A stretch of 64,000 bases of DNA from Antedon mediterranea (taxonomy: Eukaryota; Animalia; Echinodermata): assembly GCF_964355755.1 (NCBI RefSeq), contig NC_092674.1, positions 6,882,001 through 6,946,000 on the forward strand, written 5' to 3'. A program made the translations under genes and the position numbers. Under the pieces are notes generated by a model that saw only the letters and a program-made list of their open reading frames with translations, had not been told where the DNA came from and ran no database searches. Positions 29,201-44,200 of the stretch are shown here, piece by piece (the first letter of the stretch is position 1; each line of letters begins with the position of its first letter).

Positions 29201-32200
29201 TTTAAAGTTGCACATACAGTGATGATAAATTGTTAAATTTATTAGGTGTTTTAAACTGTTTTTTTCAAAGAATGCTCACTTAATCATTTATTTGAAATGT
29301 GTCTCATTTATGTATGTAATTTATTCAAACACTATTTAACCAGTTATTTGCTCGTAGCTGAAGCAGGCCCACAGACAATTATCATCTACTTGTCAGGCAT
29401 TGCATATTAGCTGACATGATTAGGTCATGCAAGGATGCCTGTGTTGACGCACATAAAAATCGTTTTATCTCATGTCTCGTAGTCTTGTTTTACAGTTTCC
29501 TGAAAACATCACCTGGCCTGGCCACGCATTTGTCAATCTTTTTGCTTAAGTCAAGATAAGATTAAAGTTAATCACTTCTGTAGGAAAAAACAATGCACTT
29601 GTACAAGGACAATAAAATTAATGAAATTCAACCAAAAACTTATTGAATTCCAGTCAATTTGACTATTTTTTGTTTTAAATTACTGTTTAATTGGTAATTT
29701 TTTTTTTTCCATTACATTTTTTTGTCCAAAATATTAACAAAAGTAATGATTTTTTAGGACAATATATCTTTAATAATTTGCTTAAGTTATTTTGGCTTAA
29801 GAAATATCAGTAACTTAAACCAAGCTAAGAGGATTTTTTTTTTGCTAAGTTTGATACATCTAACTTTAATGCCTGAAATTAATGTAATTTTTGTAGAATT
29901 TGTATTCACACACACATATTATTACAATGTGTATGTATCTTAAGCAGGGAGATTTAAATTTGCTTAAGTTATTTTAATAACTGACTTAAGCAAAACCGTT
30001 GACTTAATATTAAAGATAATTTTATAAATCTAAACCGACAATAATCCTTTCTCCTCGAAGAGCGAGATATAACTTGAAAAGTAGAAATTTTCATTGAATA
30101 GCCCCTCTCCACAAATGGTATGGTCTATGAACTATGAGCTCAGGTGGGAGCCTCCTCACAAAACACCTTCATTATATCTCGTTTTTCGAGGAGAAAGGGC
30201 TATTTTTTATTTATCCAGGTAAGCTAGGCACGAAGAGACTAACAACACCACTGTTGGTTTTTGTAATTGAATCATTCCAGCATTGTGAAGACTACTACTT
30301 TACACTTTTTCTAATGTTTCAGTTTCATTACTGAATGCTATCAATATACTGTACGTAATCAGGTTAAATATTTTCATCTTTCGTATGAGGAGATGTTCTC
30401 TGACTGAATAATATTCTAATAAAACTGCACCAGTGTAGAATCTTTATTAAGTCTGCTGCCCCCTGTTGACAAGAATTTATTTTTCCATTCTGTGGAATAT
30501 TTTGTTTTTCAAAATTGGTTTCTAACCCATTATTAGTTTATTGTCCTTCCTAAACACATAATCTTCATTTCCACTGTAGGGATCCAACGCCACCCTACCT
30601 ACTTCTTTATGTCATCCGTATTCTTTTGTAGTTACCTGCTTTCATCTATATATAAATTATGTTGTATTAATTAGGTTCTTTGAAGATTCTTATAATAGGC
30701 CCCAGACCGTTTTATCACATTTGTTGCTCCTTTAGTTTTTTTTTGTTGGAAAACAATTTAAATATTAAATGAATAATCGGTCAATTTCCTAATACAAACT
30801 TCAATAGTCATTGGATACATTAAAGAAAATTAATTGTTTATTAAGGCATTAACAATTCCTGAAAAACAACTAATATCCTGTGTCTGGGATATTGCAAAAT
30901 ATGGATGTTGTAGTTTGGAAGTTAAAAGTTTAGTTCATAACAATATATGGTAATCATTAAACAAATTCATAGTTAAAAACTTGAAAAGATAAATTAATAG
31001 TGCTAAAGAGACTGGTGTATGATAGTTATTAGGTAGTACTATTTCTTTACCTCTGAGACCAAAATGTGTGATGTGAATTGCTGAACGTGTGTTTGGCTAT
31101 TTCAAAGATATTCAATCTAAAAATGTTTCATGGAAATACTTTATGAGAAGGTGCTCCAGCACAAATCATGTGACCATCATTGCAACAAGGCTTCGGAATT
31201 ACGACTAATAATATATATGTTCAAAAAAAGAATGTGAAACCAATACAATAAATGAAAATCTCCAAAGAAAACCCAACAATTGCATAATAATTTTATCTGT
31301 ATGCAATTGCAAATTATTAATTAAAGTATTTAATGTGGGTTTTTTTTTTTATTTGTTGATCCAATATGTTCTTTTTCTGATTTGGATTTATTAAAAAAAA
31401 TCATACATTCTAATTAATTGTATTTTGTTATGATTAAAATATTTTTTTGTACATTATTCAATTTTTCAAAAAGCCCAAGGTACTGTAGGAGAAGAACCCT
31501 AGCGTACCAACATATATTATGTATTTATATTTATGTAGTTTTGACATTCAGTATTTATACAAGCATTGCTGGAAAGCCCTAGAGAGAAGGGGAAACCCTA
31601 GCAACGTATTATGGTTTAGTTTGTCTGACAGGTACTCCCTATTAGGAATTAAGATCAGACCTAAGCAATTAGTCATATTGATGAATGTAGGGTAATAGCC
31701 AATTTCGAAATCATCTGTAAACTTCCAATTTAATTTTAAGAATGAATAATTAGTGTTCTAGACGATGGATGTTTAATTGGGATTCAATTTCAATATTAAT
31801 CAATTACAAATTTCTAGAATGATGTAATTGTCTGTCGTCGTGACAACTGAGCAGGTCAAATGTCATTTAGCTTTAAAATGATACTGCTATTTATTGGTGG
31901 CCTAAACTCAAACTGATATTTCTAAGCTACTGTATATGTCTAAACTAGTATGACAAAAGTGCGATGTGCCCAAATATGGTAGTGATATGACATCATCATG
32001 TCCATAATGGGTACATCACATTTTGTTGTCGCATAAAGTTTGATAGTGTAGAGAGAGTTTTATGTATGTACGAATTCAACTGTAACCTCTCAAACGTTTC
32101 GATCCCACTAGGATGCAACGCAAGTACATAGGTAGCCGTAACTTGCCAATTGGTCAATTGACTTGTGCTGCGTCTACGGTCTTGCATTCCCAAGCTTAAA

Positions 32201-35200
32201 GCAGAGTAAACGAACTTAACTAGTAGTACCGTAAATCGTCTAATTGTAACCGTGGGTTATATTCTTCTTTTATTAATAATAATAATAATTTATTAGGAAA
32301 TGACACCTTTGCATCGGTGGCACACACAGAAGTGGTGCATCCAATTTAACATAATACATCAAAACAATACATTATATGACGGATACAGGTTCTTAAACTA
32401 TTTTATTGTTTTTTAGGGTGGGTTACTATTAGAGTAGTGGGTTAATAGTATCTTAAATTAGGCACCTGAAAATAATAACCCACACCCAACTTTTTCGATC
32501 AGCTCATAGCAAAATAATAAAATAGTATGAATAAACAAATTTGTTTGAACTCTAACTTTATTTTATAAACTCAAAAACATTCAATCCTCCCCCACTCTCA
32601 AGATCAACATGCATTATCTAATTATTTGCAAAATTCGGCTGCATCATATTGTCATTTTGTCATGTGTTACTATTAGAGTAGTGGGTTATTATTATAGATT
32701 GACTTATAAGGGGGATTACTATTAGAGTGTGGGTTACTATTAGAAGGGGAGTTACTATTAGAGTTTGGGTTACTATTAGAGTGTGGGTTATTATTATAGA
32801 TTGACTTATATTGAAGAGGGATTACTATTAGAAGGGGGTTACCATTAAAGTGTGGGTTACCATTAAAGTGTGGGTTACCATTAAAGTGTGGGTTACCATT
32901 AAAGTGTAGGTTACTATTAGAAGATTTACGGTATTTGTTATCAAGTGAATAATAGAATTAACCGGGTATATATCCTTCATTGTTCTGTCTGACCAAATTA
33001 ACGATATGTAATTAAATCAGGTCTCTGATTTATCTTGTCAATTTAATGATATAGGTTTAAGATGAGTTTGTTTTTGTAAACAGTAATTTGAGATTTCCTT
33101 TTGTTATGCGTATGATGTCATACTAAGACAAGCAAATGAACAGGACAGTTAATTTTACGATGACGGTGTTTCAATTTAAAATAACCATTCATAAGTAAAA
33201 TCAGGATTAAATTAGCATAATAATACTATTAATAATAAAAAGAAATAAGTATATTCTATATTTAATAATAACGTTAAAGTTATTATATTTTTGTTTTTTC
33301 ATAATTTTATTAAAAAGATATAGCTTAAAAATCCCTTTTTGTATAATAGAAAAGTCCAAAAAAGTTTTGCATAAATATGACATTAGATGTAAATCTCTAT
33401 GTCAATAGTATAGAGATGTTCATTTTGTGGTTTATTGGGAGTTGAAGGTGGTTGATTGGATTTTTAGAATGTCAGCCTTTTTTGGATTATGTTTCAACTC
33501 AGGTATATATAAAAATGGGGACAAATTTTCAAGCTTTAAAAAGCCGTGGGAGGTAAATATGTAGAATTTTTTTTTTTTTTTTTTTTGAGATTTTATGTAT
33601 TTATTGTGTGCTTTTATCCAACTCTTGGATACTCAAAGCAGAGAATTAAGAAATATATGAATTCATTATTTTATACTTTCTCTTATCTTTGATGACTTGT
33701 ACTGTATTATTTACCAAAAATATGTTGGCTTACTAAACTATTAATTAATTAATAATTAAAAATAAGTGTAAATAAATAGCCCTAACCCCTAGTCCTATTT
33801 CGGTCCTATAGCTTACCTGGATAAACCAACATTCTCTGGTCTCTGAAGGAAGAACAAAACTTTTAAGATAGTGGTGCATATTAAACAGAATAAGAATTCT
33901 ACATAAAGAAATATTTATTTTTTCAGGATAAGTGGACACCGTTGATATGTGCTGCCAAAGAAGGTCACACGGAGGTCGTTGAAGCGCTGTTAGACAACGA
34001 TGCGAATGTTAACCACGCTGACACTGTGAGTTTTATACATCTAGAACCTAAAGATGCCGTTTGTTTCAGTAACCCCTCTAACATAATGTAAAACAACATA
34101 CACAGTGTATATAATTCTTCATTAGAAGCCCTGATACGTTTTGTGGGGAAAATAAATTAATATTGAGTGCAGTAACACATATCCAGTACCGTTTTGATTT
34201 TACGATTAATCGGGAAATCACATCACAAACAACATACTTGACATACTGTAACCCAGCGTCTGCAGTCAAGACTTAATTTCTCTATCCCAATTCTCAACTA
34301 CAGTATGACGGAATTTACGCACATCCTTCGGAAAGCATTTATCCATTAAATTAAATTCTTAAAGTCAATCTTATGGTTATTAACTGTCAGAATCAGCTAA
34401 GAAGAAGCTTTCCTGGTCCTTGACAAATAAATATCATTTTATTTTTTTTACAGTTACTTATTTTCCCTTAAAACATTTTCTCATCCTCTTGTTGGATCAA
34501 CCTAAAGCTCTTTCTACACTATCAAACTTTATGTGACAAAACAAATGTGATGTGTCTAAATATGGTAGTGATATGTACAAATATGGTAGTGATATGACAT
34601 CAGCATGTCCATATATGGCCACATCACATTTTTTTGTCATATAAGGTTTGTATAGACAGAGCTTTAGATTATTCATTTTTATTTCATCTTAATGGTTACG
34701 TTAATGGTTATTCAAGAATAATTCATCGCAATGCTAATTATTTTTTTTCTTTTGTTACATTTCCCATGTATTGTTGTTTTTGTGCTTTACTTGTCGCCAT
34801 TATGATTTACACTATATTTCTGTATTTTTACACGCATTATATTAAAATTTACATTTCACCAGGTTACTACTTTACTACAAAAATATTATTGAAAATTAAA
34901 ATTAGAGCAATCAATTTCATACTGTGTAATGCTAGGTAAACTACTAACCACTATTTTGTAATTTTATTTCACAAGTGTCGATGTTTTTTCTTTTCATAAA
35001 TAATTGGTTTCTTGATGAAATTGAATGGAAAATCTAGATCTTCTGGCTCCCTATGACTTTCACTAAAACTTCACTCTTGAACATTGGGAGGATATGGTCA
35101 CCCCCCACCCCTATGTGTTGACTTGTGCACAACAGATAACAGTATATCCCTTCAATTTATCCTGTGACCACCCCACAATTCAATCAAATCTATCTCAAAT

Positions 35201-38200
35201 TGTGGGTCATTTAGTACCACTTTTGGTAATGTCATAGCTTTTAGGATAATTAATAACATAGAATAGATCTCTTCTGGTATACCACTGGTGATCATTTGTT
35301 TTATTATATAAATGTAGCAATACATTAGTTTTAATGAGCCATTATTTATTATGGGTTTTATGTTTAACTGTTGATTTGTGTGTTATCATTTCAGAATGGG
35401 TGGACTGCGTTGATGTGGGCTAGTTACAAGGGCCATGCAGATATCGTCAGAGCACTTGTTGAAAGGAATGCCTACACTAATGTACAAGCCCAGGTAAAAT
35501 GCTTGATTTCTGTTTTATTATGCAACTGACGGGGATCAATCAAATTTGGAATCGTTTTACACAAAACAGGACAACCTAATTGTGTATAAGAACACGCCTC
35601 CCTCCCTGTTCTTCCTCTACACTCCTCTTTCTCCTCGCTCTTCCTCTCTTCTCATTCTCCTACTCACTCTTCTTCTTTCATCCTTTGTGCCTCCCCTCCT
35701 AATCCCCCTCCTACCTCATTCTTTTTCCTTTTCTCTTCTCCTTTTCCTCCTCCCTCCATCTTTTTTTCTTCCCCTCCTTCTTTTCCTTCTTCTTTTTCTT
35801 TCCTCCTTCTTCTCTTCCCCCCCCCCCCCCAATTCGGTTGATTTTTTTCTTTTTTTCCATCCCAAGAATATTGCAAGAGCCTAACATAGGTGGTTATAGT
35901 CAAACCGTTTTTTACAAATATCAATATTGTACATGACTTATTGAAGAAATCAATTGACGGTTACTTACAGTAATTAGAGAGATAATCAGAATAAGAGATT
36001 ATTTCTTTGGGCAGTGACTGTGTCGTCCATGACTGCGATGTGATATTTGACTTTCACGTCACAAGGGAATACTCTCATCATCGTTCACATTTCAATAGTC
36101 TGCCAAGATGATATTTCTTCTAAATGTATTTATACCAGTTCCAATATATTGAAAATACTATTAACTTTTAATTTTCTCGAGAAAATGTATTGATTCTAGT
36201 AATGATGTGAGTGTTGTGCTTTGCTTTGACCTTTCTCGCTATCTAGTTTATGTTTTTAATTGTTTCACTTTGAAAACAAAATTGTAAGGATTAAATTACC
36301 TCTTGAGATAAAACAATTACAGTAGAACCCATCCTTTAGGACATCCCTGCTCAGGGGACACACCTACTATTATAATTAAGGATACACTTACCCATTAAAC
36401 AAACAGTATATGAGTGTAGCTGTACAGGTAGCTTGGTAAATAATGTGCTTGCCTTCCAATCCCATGGTCCAGAGTTCAATCCTGACCTAGTGCCAGGGTT
36501 GTAACTCACAACTCTTTCAACTTACCCCTATTAAGTGAGCCCCGAAGGTGTCTTTATTAGAGGGTCTACTGTAGTTTGACATACTCTTCCACTTTCTATC
36601 ATTTCATTTAATTATCATCACTTTTATCATCTTCACAAATCTTTTTAATCGTTATCATTGTCATCACCATCATCTTTAGAATTTTCTTTGTAATAATCAT
36701 CATCCCTGCAGCATCATCATCTTCTTCATAATCATTGTTATCATCATTATATTTTCAATCTTCTTCCTAATAATTATCATAATCATTATCATCATCATAA
36801 TCATTTTCATAAATATATGTTAAGCAAGAAGTACCCTATAAAATTTAAATATTGATAGATAGAAAAAACTACAATATTTCTTTAAAGGTTAGTATTATAG
36901 ATATTGAAATATATATGTTAATAAGGCTAACACTGTAGGCTAAGTAGGTTGAGATACAAAAGAATGAATCAGAAATCTTAAAACAACATTTGAATTTGAA
37001 AAATAGTTATCGCAGACTATTTTGTGAGTGTGATAATAAATTTGAAATGTCAAGTTTTATAAATGCTTAATTTTTTGAAAAGGTTATTCTGTCTGTTTAT
37101 GGTTTAATTTCTAGTTTGTATGGCTAACTGAGGATGTTGATGAAAATTTAGGATGAGATTATAATGGGAAGAAAAGTAGTATCATCACACTATTTTCAGT
37201 CTTAATGTGTTACTTCAATCTTTAAATTCCACTTTTTTTACTCTTAATATACCACTTCAGCCTTAACATATCACTCTTTTCATTCTTAAAGTTTCACTAT
37301 TTTCAGTTTTAAATTACTACTATTTTCAATCTTAAACTACCACTATTTTCAGTCTTAAACTACCACTATTTTTAGTCTTAATTACCACTATTTCCAATCT
37401 TAAACTACCACTATTTTCAGTCATAAACTACAACTAATTTTAATCTTAATCTACCACTACTTTCAGTCTTAAACTACCACTATTTTTAGTCTTCTTAAAC
37501 TACCACTATTTTCAATCTTAAACTACCACTATTTTCAATCATAAACTAACACTATTTTCAATCTTAATCTACCACTACTTTCAGTCTTAAACTACCACTA
37601 TTTTAGTCTTCTTAAACTACCACTATTTTCAGTCTTAAACACTATTTTTAATCTTAAACTACCACTACTTTCAATCTTAAACTGCCACTACTTTCAATCT
37701 TAAACTACCATTATTTTTAATCTTAAAGGTACCACTATTTTTAATCTTAAACTACCACTATTTTTAGTCTTAAATTACCACTATTTTCAATCTTAAACTA
37801 CCACTACTTTCAATCTTAAACTGCCACTACTTTCAATCTTAAACTACCACTACTTTCAATCCTAACCTACCACTACTTTCAGTCTTAAACTACCACTATT
37901 TTCAGTCTTAAACTACCACTATTCACTCTTTAAATATTGCTATACGGTACAATCTGCCAGTATACATGTATTATGTCTTAACATTTTACTATTAGAATCA
38001 AAGTGTTGACATCTTCAATCTATACAGTGTTTCTAAAGTGTTGCTATTTCAATCTTAAATGCGTCAGCTAACAATTCCGCTGATTTATTTGCAATATGTA
38101 TTATTGAGAAGGTGTTGTTGAACAATGATCTTTTGAAGTGTCATCTCTTAGGTGTTAAACTCAATATTTGTATTCATGAAGTACTCTTCAATTTTAATAG

Positions 38201-41200
38201 AATGTTCAATCCGTGTTCCAATTGTATAAGAGTCTTATCCATTAAAGTAGGCAGTATCTAGCTTATCAGTTTGTTTAATACTGCAGCAGAACCTTAAGAG
38301 TTCATGTCAGAATTATTATACTGCATGTACTGCAGTAACTACATTTTGTAGTACAGTAATGTTTGCTTTAGTTTATTTCAATGTAGTTTATGAGACAGTC
38401 ACTGCATGCAATACCAGTGTGTATGATTAAATAAGCTGAATAATTAAATAAATGGACAAAATAGTAAATAAATTATTCTACTGCAGTTACTGCAGTAGAA
38501 AACAACAATTACATCAAAACCTTGTTTTCAAACAAGCTATCATTTATTGCATAATAAGATTTTATTTTTGTCGATACTTTCACAATTCTCCAACTGTTGC
38601 AATGCTTTTCCTACTGGACTGTCTTTCTACGCGCCTTGTTATATTACTATACTTCCGTTAGTTGATCTCCAATTGATTTGTTATCAATTTAGCGAGTAAG
38701 ACGCGAGTAACTACAATTGACAGAGTTGATCATCTTTTTGGATGTACCTAATTAACTTCCTTAATTAGCCTTGTTGAGGTCATTGCACTGTAGAACATGA
38801 TTGTTATGTTGTAAACTACAAAGGCCTTGTACAAAGCACTTCTTCTTAATTCTCAAATTAATCACGCAAAATTAATAGCATAAAATGAAAACAAATATCT
38901 TATAAATAAATACATTTTCTGCTCGTAGAAACTTATTTTCACATTGGTACATTTGTTAGGCCCACTTACACCAGTTACAAATTATTTCATTCACTCATTT
39001 TACACACTTTTTTCTCGATTAGAATAAAGTTTAGGTTTTTATTGATTCCGACCCCAAAACTTACATCCCATACACCGGTTGTAATCATTTGTCTAAGGCT
39101 CTGTCTACACTATCAAACTTTATGTGACAAAAAATGTGATGTGGCCATATATATGGACTTGATGATGGTCATATCACTACCAAACTAGTTTGATATTGTA
39201 GACAGAGTTAATGAACAAACTAGTTTGACAAAAATGTGTGATTTGCCCAAATATGGTAGTGAATTGACATGATCATGTCCATGGGCACAGCACATTTTTT
39301 TTGTTACAGTAAAGTTTGATAGTGTAGACAGTGCTTGTAGAGAGTTAACTGATCACACAAACTCAAATATGATTTAAATTAGCTAGATTCAAAGCTCTAT
39401 TGCATATCTGAACACAACTTTTATAATAGTTATTTATAAAATTTAATTAGAATAAATATATTAATCATATAATCAGCCAATCAAAAAAAAAAAAAAATTA
39501 GATGTTTTTATTTTATTTTTATTAAAGTAATTGATATTAAAATTATTAATTATAAAAATATGTTATTTGTTTAATTTTAGCATTGATGTCTCGTCTGTCA
39601 TCTCTCATTTATTGTTGATTAATCATTTTTATTATTAGCTTCTGCAAATAAAGAATTGATGCAATACAGTTAATATTAGATATATATATCGACCTTAGAA
39701 TATCTTTCCAAATACTTAAAATGCATTTAACCACTATATCACTTTTCATAGAAACAATGTGACTCAAATTGTAGATCTCGATCATACAAGATGAGTGTAT
39801 TCTATTAAATCGATGAGTCACTTATTATCACTCAACCCATCTTCTCATAGTATATATTCAAATTCTAAAGAGTAATATCATTTATGAAATAGCTATGGGT
39901 TAATTGGTATGCTAAACATTTCACAAGCAACTCCCTTAATAGTAACGATTCCTAATTATTCCTATCCCGTCAAAATTTGGATAGCCAAGAATATTGATAT
40001 ATGTATTCTCGTTTACTTGTCGTCGCAACGATGTTAAAAGGATATTCATCAAAAAAGGTGTGTTTGTTTACTCATTCTATCTAACATTTTTTTTATCAGG
40101 TGAATATTTTTTTAACAATTTTTACAACTCGAATTCGTTTATAAACTTATTAATCATTAGGATGTTTTTTTTCTTAAAATTTGGTTCTCGATTGATTTGT
40201 AACTTCTCGTTAGTAGTGACTATGACCTTGAGGATGTTGAAGTTTAAATGGATTATGCAAATCAAACTATGTAAATTAATCTACGTAAATTATTATGTAA
40301 ATTAATCTATGTAAATTGTTTGTTGTTATATTCATTTTACATTTTTGCATTACTTCTACAAGTTTATGTTACTTTTTGTATATTTAAATTTTGTGTTAAA
40401 ATTTACTAAGCCCTCTGTAGCCATTGCATCCTGATCATCATCATCCTCAGCCGTTGTCAATCCACTGTTGGATGAAGGCCTCAGTAGGTAGGCCTCTAGT
40501 AGCTAGGCCTCTAGTAGCTAAGGTCTGAGGGCCTACATATAAATGGACCAATGGGTACCCACTATCCCTATAGCCTATTAATTCATGGCAGTCTAAGGTC
40601 CCTAAAATAGTAATAAATAATAATAATAGATAGCCCTAGCCTCTAGTTGGGATGAAATTATTGGGTGATCAACATTGTTCTAAATTCTACCGTCTGTCTT
40701 CTGTCTCGCTATACTCTATTGGTACTGCTCCAATACTGTTGGAGTTCATCTCTTCAACGCTTTCTTTTGTCTACCTCTGCTTCTGTCCCCATTGGTGTCC
40801 ACATCCTGATATTGATTTAATACAATCGGGGGAGGAACGAGGCAGAGAAAAGGGAGGCGAAAGGAGTGTTGTCTTGTACTTTCCTGTTTTCATAATATTT
40901 TTACTTGATACCATGGGAGAGCAAAAACTTTTTTTCATTAAAAATAATACCCACAAATGTGTTAATGCAAAGCATTATGTTAATCGTCTGATATTCGACC
41001 CAATAAAATTGACCGATAATGAATGTGTCTTTAATCACCAATTTTTCAAATACAAATTATTGCTTAAAATTAAATTAAATATACAAAAATTATAATTTCA
41101 TCCAAAATTATTAAATAGTTTACCTTTTCTCCCAAAAGATGCACTAGGTTTTGTTAACATATGTAACTGGACCTCTAATTCTTCTACAAGCCCTTGTCCG

Positions 41201-44200
41201 AAAAGACAAATGTGACAAATACTGTATATAAATATTTTTTATATGCGATATCAAGAATTGGGCATCAATTTATGTTTCAGTAAGTTAAAATGATATCCAT
41301 ATTCTAATTCGGTTTTGTTTGTTTTTATAGCATGGAGTCACACCAATTATCTGGTCAGCTGGTCGGGGTCATACGGCGGTTGTTAAGATTCTTTTAGAAC
41401 ATGGCGCCAAGGCGGACTCCTCCGACAAGGTAAGGAATATTTCAACCTTAAAGTATACTAATATAATCCTACTATTGACAAAATAATCATAATAATTTTG
41501 TTTATTTTACAAATTTATGCACCAACAAATTTACTGTAGATGCTTATGGCATAGAATGATATCTTTTGACGGCCCACGACAACCATAAATATTGCCTTTA
41601 AAGGTCTTTAATAACGGCACCAGTTACCATACTTTTTTAAAATAATATATAATTTCTTTTTATGCAAACATGATCAATACTAAATATTGCATTTAAATTA
41701 ATGAGAGTTAAACCTCTAATATAAACCCATGGGCTTCTAATTTAGCTTCCTTTGAAGACTATTATAATTACATACAAAGCAGACTTTGTTTCAAAATGAG
41801 GAGAGATACTGTAAAAAGCATGTATCAAAATACAAGATTCAATCACACTTTAGTCAACTGATACTAAGTATTCGTCAATGACGGCCATATGTGACTCCAG
41901 AAACAGTTAGTGTAAAGTTTCAATTGGGAAAGATAGCATTAAAGGAAAATATCTAGCTGCCGAGTCAAAAAGTCTTTTTTTTTGTTCAGAAACATAGGAG
42001 TAAGCATATTGTCATCAAAACGATGGGTCGCTGTTAACTCGTAATTAAGTTTATCAAATCTAATGGCACTTTTTCTATTCTCAGCATTCAGGTTCAATTC
42101 TTGATAAGTACCGTACCAGAATTTACAGTAAAGCATCTACACTATCAAACTTTATGTGACAAAAAAATGTGATGTGCCCATATATGGACATGATGATGTC
42201 ATATCACTACCATATTTGGGTATATCACTACCATATTTGGGTATATCACTACCATATTTGAACACATCACTACCATATTTGAACACATCACAACTTTTTT
42301 TGTCAAATTAGTTTGATTGTGTAGACAGAGCTTTAGACTAACTAGCTGCATATCCGCATATTGTCATGAAAATGAAGGGTCACTCATAACTCAAGTTGAT
42401 CAATCTAGTGGCACTCTTTCTATTCAGGTTCTGGTTCAAATCTTGTTTAGTACCAGAATTTAACTTTACGAAAGAAGCAACTGTATTTCTGTGATCAATG
42501 ATTTAAGATGACGTGCGAAATGTAAAGAATTAAATCATAGAATACATAAATCAAAATGTCAAAGGTTACTACCAAACTCTTGATCCAAAAACGTGCTAGA
42601 AAAAAACACTAAATCCATTAATATATTATTACACTTTAAATTTCATATCATATATGCTTCACAAATTCCTAAGCCTCTAAAAGTCAAATAATCTTTAAGT
42701 AATATTCAGAATTTTTTATTTAATTTTTAGTTGTCAGAGTCATCATGGATTCGTACCTATATTTAATTGATTGATTTTTCATGAATATGTTTTCAACTCA
42801 GTTGAGATAATAAATTAAATATTTAAAATCTTGTCATTACTTGATATTAGGAGTAAGCATAAATAAGGTATCTCTTTCCTGAAGATGATTTTTTTTAATT
42901 GACATTTTTCAATCCGGTATTTTTCATTTTAAATTTGTTTTATTGATTGATGATATCATTTAAAATTATTCTATTTTAGAGATGATAACATTGTTTATCC
43001 ATTTTTTATCTATTTGCCCTTCTGCGGAGAAGGGATTTTTAATATCCAAAAATGATTTGCAATTCAAGATTGGTATTCTCTATATAAAAAATATAAAGAA
43101 ATATAGATTTGTTGAAATATTAAGATATTTATATTATGAAATTTTAATTAAAGTTAATTTAATTAGTTATCAGTTACAAAAACAGTCTCCATACTATAAT
43201 ACCCAGTTGTCATAAAGCTAAAGGAGTGCAAGAATGTAAACTTTACACAAATCTGTTTTTTATTTACATGGTTAGATTTTAAAAATTCAGAATTATTCAG
43301 AATTTATGGGGTTTTTTTAAAATTTGTGTTTTCATCAATATGGTGTGTGATTGTTTGTCAGATAGTATGATCATCAATAAATAAGTTTAAATAAATTTAT
43401 ATATGCTATGAATAATTTTTACTTATATACATTATTAACTTTTTGAATAATGTTTTTAATCCTTCAGTATGGAACAACAGGCCTGGTTTGGGCAGCAAGA
43501 AAGGGTCACATCGGTTGTGTTAGGGAGTTACTAGATCATGGTGCCAATCCTGATATTGCAGGCATGGTAGGTGCATTATCATCTTAGGCTATGTTCACAC
43601 TAAGCCTGCTTGATATTGCAAGCATTGTAGGTTCATTATCATCTTAGGCTACATTCACACTAAGCCTGCTTGATATTGCAAGCATTGTAGGTTCATTATC
43701 ATCTTAGGCTACGTTCACACTAAGCCTGCCTGATATTGCAGACATTGTGGGCTCATTATCATCTTAGGCTACATTCACACTAAGTCTGCTTGATATTGCA
43801 GGCATGGTAGTTGCATTATCATCTAAGGCTATGTTCACACTAATCCTGGATTTTGTAAAGAATCCGAAATGAGTGAACTACTGTATTAATTACTTATTTT
43901 ACAATTTGAAAAGAAACATAAATTGTAAAATATTAGTTGATGAAAACTTTATTTGGGTGATTATACCATAACCTCTTTTCCTGTAACTTTCAGAACTCTT
44001 GGACTGCTTTGATTGTAGCCTCTAGAGGGGGCTACATCGATGTTGTTGAGAGAATTCTTGAAGAACATCCCAACATAAACGCTGTTGACAAGGTAAGCAT
44101 ACAGAGGTCCTATCTTGGAAAATTTTAGTACCTCTAGAATTTATGAAAGCAAGCCAAACAAGACAGTGTTAACATTTTTAAAAAATAGATGGTACATGCC

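Noticed and set aside
35546-35924. Leu/Phe-rich and Glu/Lys/Gly-rich ORFs
   Set aside because: Both strands of a polypyrimidine tract
37190-37930. Regular short repeats resembling a CRISPR array (also 43549-43848, 14590-15041, 32665-32920)
   Set aside because: Units are directly tandem with no unique spacers, there are no cas genes, and the context is eukaryotic introns
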